DNA from: an uncultured Alphaproteobacteria bacterium
GTDB lineage: Bacteria; Pseudomonadota; Alphaproteobacteria; Rs-D84
Direction: 5' to 3'
Length of the DNA: 64,000 nucleotides
NCBI GenBank assembly: GCA_944389555.1
Contig: CALXMU010000002.1
Span: 30,271 to 94,270, forward strand
The notes below the pieces were generated by a model that was given only the letters and a program-made list of their open reading frames with translations, had not been told where the DNA came from and made no database searches. Shown piece after piece: positions 26,369 to 36,261 of this stretch. The translations under genes and the position numbers were made by a program. Numbering within the stretch: position 1 is the stretch's first letter; every line of letters begins with the position of its first letter.

Positions 26369-27073
26369 TTATTTTACGCTGGTTATTATAGGTATGAAGT
26401 CGTCGGGTTTCAAGGATGCGCCACCCACTAATACTCCGTCTACGTTTGGAATAGACATAATTTCAGCTGCGTTAGAGCCCTTTACACTAGCCCCATATAA
26501 CACTGGTGTACCCGACAAACCCATTGAAGTAAGCGTATCCGCAATCAATTTATGGGCTTCTGCGATTTCTTCCGGCGTTGGTGTTAAGCCGGCTCCTATC
26601 GCCCAACGCGGTTCATACGCAACAATAATATTTTTATCTACATCGTTTGGGATGGATTCACGAACGCCGGATTCAATAATTTCCATTGTCTTCCCAGCTT
26701 GCTTTTCGTCCATCGTTTCGCCAACGCATACAATCGGCGTTAAACCAGCAGATAAGGCTGCGGATGCTTTCTGACGAACTATGTCGTTTGTTTCATTATG
26801 GTACTGACGCCGTTCACTGTGACCGACAATTACATACTTTGCACCAGTATCGGCAATCATTTGTGCAGAAACTTCACCTGTATAAGCCCCGTGGTCATGT
26901 GTGCTAACGTCTTGAGCGCCTAAAGATACTTTGCCGCCATCCAGACCTAACATAGTATACGGTACGCATAACACAACTTCATTTCCCGTTTCTATGTTTT
27001 GTAGCGCCGTAACCATATCAACAAGTCCTGTACGAGTCCCGTTCATTTTCCAGTTACCAGCAATAACTTTCAT
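26369..27073 (-). CDS. tpiA: Triosephosphate isomerase
   Basis: AGNWKMN, VIVGHSERR, VAYEPRWAIG, GVLVGGASL. Confidence 0.98.
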   Translation of the reverse strand: MKVIAGNWKMNGTRTGLVDMVTALQNIETGNEVVLCVPYTMLGLDGGKVSLGAQDVSTHDHGAYTGEVSAQMIADTGAKYVIVGHSERRQYHNETNDIVRQKASAALSAGLTPIVCVGETMDEKQAGKTMEIIESGVRESIPNDVDKNIIVAYEPRWAIGAGLTPTPEEIAEAHKLIADTLTSMGLSGTPVLYGASVKGSNAAEIMSIPNVDGVLVGGASLKPDDFIPIITSVK

Positions 27074-27142
27074 TGTTTTTCCCCTTTATTTTGATTGATT
27101 TTTTCGCTATCGTTTTGCTATGGTATCGCAAAAGGGGATTAA

Positions 27143-28555
27143 ATGCTAGAATATTTACGTAATGCGGCGGATAAACCAGTCGCAAAGATTCTGATTGGAA
27201 TTTTGGCTTTTTCTTTCGTCGGGTGGGGTGTTGCAGAATGGATTTTCAGTAACGTTGCCGGTGATACTACTTTGGTACGTGTCGGGGATTCTGAGGTTAC
27301 TATGCAACAGTTTGGTTTAGAAAAAAATCGTCAGTTAGCGGCAATGTCTCGTGAGCAGCAAAGGGCAACTTATGCAGACCCGATATTGACGCAAAAATTA
27401 AATGAAGACGTTATGTCGACTTTGACGACGCAAGTAATGACTGATAATAGGGCAGCGGATTTAGGTTTCGTCGTGTCTGATGCGCAAATTGCACGTGAAA
27501 TTCGTGAATTCCCAGAATTTCAATTGGATGGTCAATTTTCTACGTATATGTTTGATAATGTTTTAGCAAATAGTGGTTATAGTGAGGCTTCTTTTGCAAA
27601 CATTTTACGTCACCAAGTTTTGCGCGGTTATGTCTTAGGGGCTATGTCTATTCCCGTGGCCGTTCCAGATTTTGTCGCGCAGGCGGTATATGACGCTCGT
27701 TATAGTCAGAGGCAGATAGATTATGTAACCGTTAATTATTCTGATTTTGATGTGGCGGATCCGACTGATGAACAGTTGCGTATATACTATGAACAAAACC
27801 CGCACGTTATACCGGAACAACGTACTGTTTCATACGTGCTGATTCCGGCCGATATGGAAAAACCAGATAGTTATGACGCGGCTTATGACCAAGCTATTTT
27901 GGTAGAAGACGATATAATAGCCGGTGAAACGATGGCTGACGCGGCGTCTCGTCATAAGGCAAAGTTTGTTTCGTTGGGAACTTTTGATGCTGATAATCGT
28001 CCGGTTGATGAGGTTTTGACTGATAATATGATGAACCAGATTTTTGATATGGAAGAGGGTTTGGAAAGCGAACTGATTGAAACTAAAAAAGGTTTTGTTA
28101 TTGTTCGTGTTGATAAAGTGGTCCCATCTCATAACGCTGAATTTGATAAGGTAAAGAAAAATTTGGTTTCTGATTGGAAAAAAGCAGAACAACGGAAACA
28201 GGCTTATGTTCATGCAAATGAATTATTGGTTGATTTGAATAAAGACGGTGGTTTGAAAGGAAAGAAAACTGTAACCGTTACCCGTGCGTCTGGGGCGCCG
28301 TTGGATGTTTTAAGTGCCGCCTTTAATTCTGAAATCGGCAGTAATTCGATAGTAAATGGGCAGAATTCTTTCTATGTGTTACATATAGAAAAAGAAATTG
28401 CACCGAAAGCCGATGAAAATAAATTAGCGCAGATTGAAAAAGAATTAGAGAAATCAGTAAATAAAGAAATTATTGATGATTACAATGCATTTCTTATTCG
28501 TGAATATCCCGTAAAGGTAAATGAGAAAGTATTTAATCGCTTCTTTGCAAAATAA
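27143..28555 (+). CDS. PpiD/SurA-like periplasmic chaperone (peptidyl-prolyl isomerase family)
   Basis: MLEYLRN...ILIGILAFSFVGWG N-anchor, VSDAQIAREI, PEQRTVSYV. Confidence 0.8.
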   Translation: MLEYLRNAADKPVAKILIGILAFSFVGWGVAEWIFSNVAGDTTLVRVGDSEVTMQQFGLEKNRQLAAMSREQQRATYADPILTQKLNEDVMSTLTTQVMTDNRAADLGFVVSDAQIAREIREFPEFQLDGQFSTYMFDNVLANSGYSEASFANILRHQVLRGYVLGAMSIPVAVPDFVAQAVYDARYSQRQIDYVTVNYSDFDVADPTDEQLRIYYEQNPHVIPEQRTVSYVLIPADMEKPDSYDAAYDQAILVEDDIIAGETMADAASRHKAKFVSLGTFDADNRPVDEVLTDNMMNQIFDMEEGLESELIETKKGFVIVRVDKVVPSHNAEFDKVKKNLVSDWKKAEQRKQAYVHANELLVDLNKDGGLKGKKTVTVTRASGAPLDVLSAAFNSEIGSNSIVNGQNSFYVLHIEKEIAPKADENKLAQIEKELEKSVNKEIIDDYNAFLIREYPVKVNEKVFNRFFAK

Positions 28556-28563
28556 TTCGTTAA

Positions 28564-28591
28564 ATAAAACGCCCCTTTTGGGGCGTTTTAT
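28564..28591. terminator. Bidirectional terminator
   Basis: ATAAAACGCCCC-TTTT-GGGGCGTTTTAT. Confidence 0.8.
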
Positions 28592-28595
28592 TTTT

Positions 28596-29834
28596 TTATG
28601 ATAACTTATGAATTACCAATCCACTACGTAATTTAGGTTCGAACCATGTGGTTTTTGGTGGCATAATATTACCCGTATCGGCAATATCTATAATTTGACG
28701 CATTGTTACCGGATATAATGCGAAAGCGGCCGCCATTTCCCCAGAATCAACACGTTTCTGTAATTCGCCAAGACCGCGAATTCCACCAACAAAATCAATA
28801 CGTTTGCTGGTACGTAAGTCGCCTAAGTTTAATATTTTATCAAAAACAAGATTTGATAATACCGTTACATCTAAGACACCGATTGGATCGTTGTCATTAT
28901 ATGTTCCTGGTTTGGCGGTTAGTGAGTACCATTTACCGTCTAAATACATTCCAAAATTATGTAGTTTATTCGGTTTGTAAATTTCCGTACCTTTTTCTTC
29001 GACATCAAATGATTCACGTAATTTACCCAAAAATTCTGCCGGCGTTAGACCGTTTAGGTCTTTGATTACGCGATTATAGTCAATGACTTTCAATTGGCTT
29101 TCTGGGAATATTACGGCCAGAAAATAATTATATTCTTCATTGCCCGTATGATTCGGATTTGCTTTACGTTTTTCTTCGCCAACCAAAGCCGCCGCCGCCG
29201 TTCTATGATGACCGTCTGCGACATACATTGCAGGAATGTCTTTGAATATTTCTGTTATACGTTTATTGATTGCGTCATCGTCTATTTTCCAAAAAGTATG
29301 ACCAAAGCCGTCAGGTGCAACAAAGTCGTATTCTGGTGCATGAGTCGCAACATAGTCAGAAACAATTTTATTCATTTCTTCAACGTCGGGGTACGCAAAG
29401 AAAACAGGTTCAATGTTTGCATCTTGAATGCGAACGTGAATCATTCTGTCCTCTTCTTTATCTTTACGAGTCAATTCATGCTTTTTTATTTTACCTGTCA
29501 TATAATCGTCTACATTTGCCGCCGCTACAAGACCGTATTGAGTCCGACCATCCATTGTCTGCGCATATATGTAATACATTTCTTTTTCGTCTTGAACCAA
29601 CCAACCGCGTTCTTGCCATAGTTTGAAGTTTTCAACGGCTTTATCATATACTTGTTGGCTGTGCTCATCGGCAATCGGGTCAAAATCAATTTCTGGTTTT
29701 ATTATATGCAATAGTGACTTTTCACCGGCTTCTGCCTTTGCTTCTACAGAATTTAGTACGTCATATGGACGAGACGCTACTTCTGCTGCAAGTTCTTTCG
29801 GTGGACGTACGCCAGCAAATGGTTTTATCTTCAT
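28596..29834 (-). CDS. DUF1015 family protein
   Basis: VASRPYDVL, IKKHELTR, YVADGHHRTAAA, MPPKTTWFEPKLRSGL. Confidence 0.9.
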   Translation of the reverse strand: MKIKPFAGVRPPKELAAEVASRPYDVLNSVEAKAEAGEKSLLHIIKPEIDFDPIADEHSQQVYDKAVENFKLWQERGWLVQDEKEMYYIYAQTMDGRTQYGLVAAANVDDYMTGKIKKHELTRKDKEEDRMIHVRIQDANIEPVFFAYPDVEEMNKIVSDYVATHAPEYDFVAPDGFGHTFWKIDDDAINKRITEIFKDIPAMYVADGHHRTAAAALVGEEKRKANPNHTGNEEYNYFLAVIFPESQLKVIDYNRVIKDLNGLTPAEFLGKLRESFDVEEKGTEIYKPNKLHNFGMYLDGKWYSLTAKPGTYNDNDPIGVLDVTVLSNLVFDKILNLGDLRTSKRIDFVGGIRGLGELQKRVDSGEMAAAFALYPVTMRQIIDIADTGNIMPPKTTWFEPKLRSGLVIHKLS

Positions 29835-29961
29835 TTAACGACTCCTTTATGTGTTATGAGTTAAAACTTATTATACACCATTATTTGCAAAATCATTTGA
29901 TTTATTTTCATTAAAAAAACGCGCTTAGTTTGTATAAGCGCGTCAATTTAATTTGAGACTT

Positions 29962-31053
29962 TTACATATCAACCCGAGCCGGTATGATGGTTTCCGTTTT
30001 CGTCTCATCTAACGGATAAGACTGAAAAGGTACGGTTGCAAAATCAATCTTGTTCATATCTATAGAGCGAATGACGCGATTATACATTGTGTGATAATAT
30101 ACAATACGATCGTGCATATCTGTTGCAATTGTCCATTGTGTAGCCGATGGCATATTTACAGGATATTTATCAACCGGAAACTCTGTCCCAATCGGTACGT
30201 CAAAGTTATTCAATATGTGAAATGCTTCTAATACCGAATCGTAAGATGTGTCTTGTTTAATAGAATAAGTCTGTAAAAAAGATGCTCTAACGAATCGGGA
30301 AGGAGGGGTAAAATCACCCGGTAACCCCAGAAAACCAGAGCCGGCACCAAAAGCCTGTAATTTTACGGCCCCCATTTGAACTGGACCTGCTGTACCTGGT
30401 GCAAGGTTTACATAATTATTAAGGTTTTTTAATTGCCATGGATATTCTGGAGAATTGGTTAAAACGCCTAATTCGCTGTCATAAACATTAGCTTTACCGT
30501 TTACGATTTCTATGATTATTTGTTTGCCTGAAGGTTCTGTTACACGCCAATGCGCTGTTGATGCACGTGGGTCTATGCTTGTTACGCGAATGTTTTTTAT
30601 TGCGGCTTTAACCTGGTCAACTGTTGAAAATCTGGATAAAATCCATGATACTAACTGAAAGTCAGAAATTGTATTTGCTTTATCGTCTGGATTATATTCT
30701 GGGTATTGACCATAACCTGGGAAATAGAATAAACCTGCTGATAATCCAGCTTCGTTCATACCATCTACAACCCATTCAGGTTTTACAACCGCCAGACCAA
30801 CATAACCATACATGCTTGAAAAGGCCATACCACCTGTTTCACCGTCGGGCAACATAGATTGTTGAATATAACCACGCGGAACAATGGTGTATAAATTTTC
30901 CATTTCCGATTCGCCCCATTCAATTGTACGAGCAGTAACTACACCATCATCTTTTGATTTTAAGGTTATACCTGTACAGGCATCAGCCTTACTCATGCAG
31001 ATTGTGCCTAATACGGCGACAAAAGCAGAAATTATTTTTTTCCCATCCATCAT
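29962..31053 (-). CDS. Choloylglycine hydrolase / penicillin V acylase family Ntn-hydrolase with signal peptide
   Basis: ADA-CTGITL (N-terminal nucleophile Cys), ARTIEW, VDGMNEAGL, LTNSP, GLPGDFTPPSRFVR. Confidence 0.92.
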   Translation of the reverse strand: MMDGKKIISAFVAVLGTICMSKADACTGITLKSKDDGVVTARTIEWGESEMENLYTIVPRGYIQQSMLPDGETGGMAFSSMYGYVGLAVVKPEWVVDGMNEAGLSAGLFYFPGYGQYPEYNPDDKANTISDFQLVSWILSRFSTVDQVKAAIKNIRVTSIDPRASTAHWRVTEPSGKQIIIEIVNGKANVYDSELGVLTNSPEYPWQLKNLNNYVNLAPGTAGPVQMGAVKLQAFGAGSGFLGLPGDFTPPSRFVRASFLQTYSIKQDTSYDSVLEAFHILNNFDVPIGTEFPVDKYPVNMPSATQWTIATDMHDRIVYYHTMYNRVIRSIDMNKIDFATVPFQSYPLDETKTETIIPARVDM

Positions 31054-31112
31054 GTGAAAAATTATGCATTATCAGTATAAAATATTCCACAGGAAAGAAG
31101 TCGCGTTAAAAT

Positions 31113-31631
31113 TTATTGAATTTGTTCCCAGATTTTTTTTACGTCATCGTAATCGGCATGCTGTGAAATTTTTTCAATCAAACTTTTTATCAATTTTTTT
31201 TGTTCGTTTGACCAATCTAAGTGAGCCATGGCTTTATCAAAAAAATCAGAAACGCAGGAAAACTCATTTGCGTGTGTTATGCAATTCTGTTCAAAGTTTG
31301 CACTATGCCAATCGCAAATCATTTCTATTAGGAATATATCTGGAACATCTTTAACAGAATCATAATGCTCTATGTGGTGGGGTTGCATTTTATGGTGTTC
31401 GTCATGAACTTTGTCAAACGCTTCTTGCTGCTGCGGCAATAGGACGCAATTTTGATGATGTTTTGCATAATTGCAATATGCGTATCCAGTTATGTATGGT
31501 TCTGAAAATTTATCTTTATCATGTTCTGGAAAATGATAACCTAAGATTTCCGCGAAATAATTTAAGGTCTGTATATGACAGTTAGTTCTTTTAATATGAA
31601 AGGCGATGATTTCTTCTATTGGTATATTCAT
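31113..31631 (-). CDS. HD-like metal-binding protein (DUF5662-like)
   Basis: EHDKDKF, HHKMQPHHIEHY, IEMICDW; family by eye. Confidence 0.6.
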   Translation of the reverse strand: MNIPIEEIIAFHIKRTNCHIQTLNYFAEILGYHFPEHDKDKFSEPYITGYAYCNYAKHHQNCVLLPQQQEAFDKVHDEHHKMQPHHIEHYDSVKDVPDIFLIEMICDWHSANFEQNCITHANEFSCVSDFFDKAMAHLDWSNEQKKLIKSLIEKISQHADYDDVKKIWEQIQ

Positions 31632-31674
31632 GATTTACATATTATATCATAAAACGTATTATGAGAACGGTAAT

Positions 31675-32709
31675 TTATTTATCAACAGGGAAAAACTTAC
31701 CATCCAAATGGTAACCGTATATTCCGTTAATAATATGATAAAATTTGTTATCCATATTTTCTTTTCTTATAACGCGTGGTTTGTTCATAACTACGACTGA
31801 ATTATCAGGAACGTCTGTGACTACTACGGCATTTGCTCCTATACGAACATTATTCCCAATCGTGACTTTCCCTATGATTTTTGCCCCAGCGCCAATATAA
31901 ACATTATCGCCTATTGTTGGTGCACCACGAGACGAAGAGTCCGATAGAGTATTAGAACCAATAGTAACTTGTTGAAATATAACACAGTTTCTCCCGATTT
32001 TTGCACCACCAGAGATGAATATACCAGATATGCCATGCGGGAAAATTGGTTCAGATATAATTTTTGCGTTATGAGCAATCCAAGAATTTCTATTATCTAA
32101 ATATGCATAGTATTTATGTAAAGCATCTGATTGTTTGGATGCGTCTAATTTAAGCATTTGTGTGCGATATTTCCAAAAATTTTCTATTTTATTTAATTGC
32201 GTGGAAGATTTGAAATCGCTAATAAAATCATCAAATCTTTCTTCTATATATTTTGAATTAATTACCATTAAACCATTTAGGAACTCTTCTTTTGTATAAG
32301 AATATGGTTCTTGGACGATTTTAATAGCAATTTCACCAACTTGGTCGCAATCTAAATTATATGTATATGGAAGTTCATAAGAACAGAGAATTGGGGTGTC
32401 ATTTAATTTATTACCATCAATGGCGATGGTTTTATAAATAACTTGGATTGGTATTCTGGTATTTTTAATTCGAATGTCTGGTCCTTTGAACCCGATACGT
32501 AATTTACATTTCTTATGAACTTTTATATGAATGGTTTCTTCTTCGTTTTTACCGACAAGAATAAAACCTTCGCCATTATTCTGAAACCAGTCAGGTTTTG
32601 ATATTTCACATTCTGTAGTTTCTATATCTATGCAATCTGTATCGTTAACACATAAAACATCTATTCTAAAAGAAGGTGAGAAGGAAAAAGTTTTTTGTAA
32701 TGTGTCCAT
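31675..32709 (-). CDS. Serine-acetyltransferase-like hexapeptide acetyltransferase with unknown N-terminal domain
   Basis: PHGISGIFISGGAKIGRNCVIFQQVTIG, PTIGDNVYIGAGAKIIG. Confidence 0.8.
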   Translation of the reverse strand: MDTLQKTFSFSPSFRIDVLCVNDTDCIDIETTECEISKPDWFQNNGEGFILVGKNEEETIHIKVHKKCKLRIGFKGPDIRIKNTRIPIQVIYKTIAIDGNKLNDTPILCSYELPYTYNLDCDQVGEIAIKIVQEPYSYTKEEFLNGLMVINSKYIEERFDDFISDFKSSTQLNKIENFWKYRTQMLKLDASKQSDALHKYYAYLDNRNSWIAHNAKIISEPIFPHGISGIFISGGAKIGRNCVIFQQVTIGSNTLSDSSSRGAPTIGDNVYIGAGAKIIGKVTIGNNVRIGANAVVVTDVPDNSVVVMNKPRVIRKENMDNKFYHIINGIYGYHLDGKFFPVDK

Positions 32710-32925
32710 TTTTTGCCTTTTTATAAGTCAAATCGCAAAAAAATAACGATATAGAACGATGCGTAATAAAACGAAAAACGCATATTTTTACTTTATTAAA
32801 GCCTACAAACTTTGTATTATTCTAACAGGAAAAAAATCATATTTCAACGAATAATCAAAACATAAATTTATAAACGATAAAATTTGTCCTTTGAAAAAAA
32901 ACCGCGCAAAGGCGGGTCAAAATTT

Positions 32926-32999
32926 TGGTTGGGGCAGCTGGATTCGAACCAACACTGACGGAGTCAGAGTCCGGAGTTCTACCATTAAACTATGCCCCA
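32926..32999 (-). tRNA. tRNA-Gln (anticodon CTG)
   Basis: Reverse complement TGGGGCA...CCGGA-CTCTGAC-TCCG...GGTTCGAATCC...TGCCCCA-A-CCA; cloverleaf with encoded CCA. Confidence 0.93.
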
Positions 33000-33168
33000 A
33001 TTGCGCCTCATTATATATTGCACTTTTACCTTTTGCAATCTATTTTTTGCCGGTCTCATCCCTGTTCGTGGCGGTATATGAATACTTTTCCAAATATTTT
33101 ATATTGAATATTAGCTTGGCTGTGATACGCTCAAAGTCATAGGAGTTGTTTTATAAAAGGAGATTTTT

Positions 33169-35439
33169 ATGGCTACCGATAACCGCATTCTGGCGTTATT
33201 AAAAGTATCTTTCTTTATATCGGCTTTTTTTGTTGGGCCCGTATTCGCAGAAGGGCAAATTGTTGTCGGAAGTGGGGAAACTTATAATTTAGAAGAAGAT
33301 CAATACGAAGGTTATGATAATGCGTCTTTGAATGGAGGCGTCGTATCTGTTAGCGGAACTTTAAATGTTGCAAGTAATGTCTCATTCAAAAATAATAAGG
33401 GCGATAATGGTGGCGTCATTTATAATGAAGGTATAACTTCTATAACCAGTGAAAGCGGTAATTCTTTATTTGGTGCAAACGTGGCAAATAGTGGTGGTGC
33501 CATATATAACGCCGATACAGGAAACATTAAAGAAATTTCTCATGTTTTATTCCAAAGAAATCAGGGGCAGTCTGGTGGGGCAATAAATAATTCTAATTCA
33601 ACTGGTGCCGTCGGAGGCGGTGTAATAGATAGAATTGCCAATGCGTCTTTCATTGAAAATTCTGCAGGTACAAATCAGGGGGGGGCGATTCGTAATCAAG
33701 GTTCTATTGGTAATATAGAGACCGTTGCTTTTATAAGCAATGTTGCCGGAGAAGGTGGTGCCATAAGTAACGATTCATTTGGAATAATAAAAAAAATAGA
33801 TGCACAGTTTAATGGTAATCGTGCTTTGTCTGGTGAGGTAAAGCAAGGTGGTGCCATTTTTAATGCCGGTACAATCGAATCGATTACCGATTCGTCATTT
33901 GTTGGTAATCAGGCCGGTACTTCAGGTGGGGCAATTTATAATGCAAAAACTGGTAGTATAACTTTTAATGGGGATAATTCTTTTACAGGTAATATCGCAG
34001 ACGGCGATGCAAATGATATTTATAATAGTGGCAATGTAACAATTGCTGACGGTACAACAACAATCGGTGGCGGAATTTCAGGTAACGGTATTTTAACAAT
34101 AGAAAACGGTGCAACGCTTAGTATCGGTTCCACAACGTTAGAGCAGGGGACTTTGAATCTATATGGTACTTTATCTGCGTCAATTGTAAATGAACAAGCA
34201 TTCGGTAAAATTGATGTTGCAGCAATAAACGTTGGTGAAAACGGTAAACTTGATTTGATGTTAGGTTCAACGGGTAAGTATGATTTTGGCACAAAAATTA
34301 GTATTGATAATATCGTCTATAACGATTCGATTTACAATCTTTCAATAGATGGAACAAATATAATCGTTGAAACAAAAAATATTGATGAAATTTCTAGTAC
34401 TTCAAATCTTTCTTCTGATGCCGCGCTTGCATTAGTTGGTTTGGCTAATAGTTCTGATTATTCTATGAATATCGCTTCTTTGAATGCTCAATCCGCTTTG
34501 GATTCTGGAAATATAAGTTATGTAGAAAACGAATCGGAAAAATTATTGGGCGATGATAAACCTGTACTTCAATCCATAGAGACTGAGGTTCAAAATCAGA
34601 TTTTATCTTTGGCTTCTTCCCGTATGGGGGGCGGTAACATAGGTCGCAGCGGCGGAGACGTGGCTAATATTGATTATGGCGTCTGGGCGCAAGGACTAAT
34701 GAATAGAACAAAGTACGGAGATAGTTTTTCTGGTGACACTAATGGAATCGCGGTTGGTTTAGATGCGCTGGTAAAAGGTAAATATACCATCGGAATCGGT
34801 TATACTTATAATGAAGCAAATGTGGATTCAGGGGCTCGAGATATTGAAATAACCAGTAATAGTTTGTTTTTATATGGTCAATATAAACCTTCTAAATGGT
34901 ATATCAATACTACTTTGAATTATACGATGTCCAATTATGCTGAAATGGCGACTGCTTTCGGAATTATTGTAAACCCAGAATATGATGTCGATTCATTTGG
35001 AGGACAGATTTTGACTGGTTATAATTTTGCGGCGGGCTTGACACCAGAATTAGGCGTTCGTTATTTGCACATAAATCAAGATGATTATAATAACGGTTTT
35101 GCTGATATAGAAGGTCTGAATACAAATTATATTACAGGTGTTGCAGGGATTAAATATTCTTTCTCAATCGAATCGGAGGGACGCTTATACATTCGACCCG
35201 AAGTTCGTGTGGCGGCGACTTATGACGTTATGGCGGATGAAGCGGTTACAACAGTAATAGTGCCTGGGGCAGCGCCATATATTGTTACCGGAGAACAATT
35301 GTCACGCTTTGGTGGAGAGTTGGGAATTAGTTTAAGCGCAATGTATAATGAATGGGAATTTTCCGTCGGGTATGATTTAGATTTGCGTGATAATTATACC
35401 TCGCATACAGGAATGTTTAATGTGAAATATAAATTTTAG
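33169..35439 (+). CDS. Autotransporter with Pmp-like GGAI/FxxN passenger repeats
   Basis: Repeated GG[AV]I(YN) with FxxN; beta-domain GVWAQGLMN...TIGIGYTY...; terminal Phe (VKYKF). Confidence 0.9.
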   Translation: MATDNRILALLKVSFFISAFFVGPVFAEGQIVVGSGETYNLEEDQYEGYDNASLNGGVVSVSGTLNVASNVSFKNNKGDNGGVIYNEGITSITSESGNSLFGANVANSGGAIYNADTGNIKEISHVLFQRNQGQSGGAINNSNSTGAVGGGVIDRIANASFIENSAGTNQGGAIRNQGSIGNIETVAFISNVAGEGGAISNDSFGIIKKIDAQFNGNRALSGEVKQGGAIFNAGTIESITDSSFVGNQAGTSGGAIYNAKTGSITFNGDNSFTGNIADGDANDIYNSGNVTIADGTTTIGGGISGNGILTIENGATLSIGSTTLEQGTLNLYGTLSASIVNEQAFGKIDVAAINVGENGKLDLMLGSTGKYDFGTKISIDNIVYNDSIYNLSIDGTNIIVETKNIDEISSTSNLSSDAALALVGLANSSDYSMNIASLNAQSALDSGNISYVENESEKLLGDDKPVLQSIETEVQNQILSLASSRMGGGNIGRSGGDVANIDYGVWAQGLMNRTKYGDSFSGDTNGIAVGLDALVKGKYTIGIGYTYNEANVDSGARDIEITSNSLFLYGQYKPSKWYINTTLNYTMSNYAEMATAFGIIVNPEYDVDSFGGQILTGYNFAAGLTPELGVRYLHINQDDYNNGFADIEGLNTNYITGVAGIKYSFSIESEGRLYIRPEVRVAATYDVMADEAVTTVIVPGAAPYIVTGEQLSRFGGELGISLSAMYNEWEFSVGYDLDLRDNYTSHTGMFNVKYKF

Positions 35440-35452
35440 CGAATATAATATT

Positions 35453-35483
35453 ATAAAAAATCCCGCATCTGCGGGATTTTTAT
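35453..35483. terminator. Bidirectional terminator
   Basis: ATAAAAAATCCCGC-ATCT-GCGGGATTTTTAT. Confidence 0.8.
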
Positions 35484-36187
35484 TCGTTTGTAAAATATAT
35501 TGCTCTTTGAGATTTAGATACAGATTCCATTGCATCAAATATTTTTGATGCTGCCGAAGCATCTGACGGGACGTTCCCAGAACCAGACATATAATCAGCA
35601 CCGTTCAAAATTATTATGCGACTTGGGGTAACGCTACTGCCATTACATTCTATATAATATTTGGCAAGATCATAATATTTCCCATAGCATTTCCCGTTCT
35701 CTGCAGCAACATAACCATTTTCAGCCAATTCTGTACAGGTTGGTTGTGCGCTATATGTAATTTCACCATTTTCTAAGAATTCGTCCGGATTATTTAGAAT
35801 TCCGTTGCACCATACGCGAACGTATTCACCGTTAACAGATGCCATTGTACCGTTTTCTTTGGTCTTGCGTACGCCAAAGCAATCGCCATTCAGTACATTT
35901 GTATCAAAATCTTTATTTATATTTGTACCCTTAGAAATGTCTTCGCGACCCATTGCTACGGGTACATATTCACCGTTAGTCAAAGCTTCCGGGCAAATCA
36001 TTTTCATTCCCCAGCAACCAGTACTTTGATCCCACAATTCACTGTCATAACCAGCACCCATACTTGCATAACAATCTGTTGGATCCAATTTACAAACCGT
36101 TGGTTGTTCCCACCAAGGAAGTGTTGCGGCAAAAGCCGCCGGTGAAAATATTAAACAGTATATTGAAAATGCTAATGTCTTTTTCAT
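35480..36187 (-). CDS. Hypothetical secreted Cys-containing protein (235 aa)
   Basis: Signal peptide MKKTLAFSIYCLIFSPAAFA; multiple Cys; downstream of the 36262 gene on the same strand. Confidence 0.8.
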   Translation of the reverse strand: MKKTLAFSIYCLIFSPAAFAATLPWWEQPTVCKLDPTDCYASMGAGYDSELWDQSTGCWGMKMICPEALTNGEYVPVAMGREDISKGTNINKDFDTNVLNGDCFGVRKTKENGTMASVNGEYVRVWCNGILNNPDEFLENGEITYSAQPTCTELAENGYVAAENGKCYGKYYDLAKYYIECNGSSVTPSRIIILNGADYMSGSGNVPSDASAASKIFDAMESVSKSQRAIYFTNE

Positions 36188-36261
36188 CTTTTTCTCTTCT
36201 TAATAAATTTTAACAAAAAAATTTTTTTAAGGCAAGAACACATATTTTATAAAAGTTGCTT

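Noticed and set aside
28560-32999. attL/attR duplication of the tRNA-Gln 3' end
   Set aside because: No second copy of the tRNA 3' sequence seen at the far side of the accessory genes
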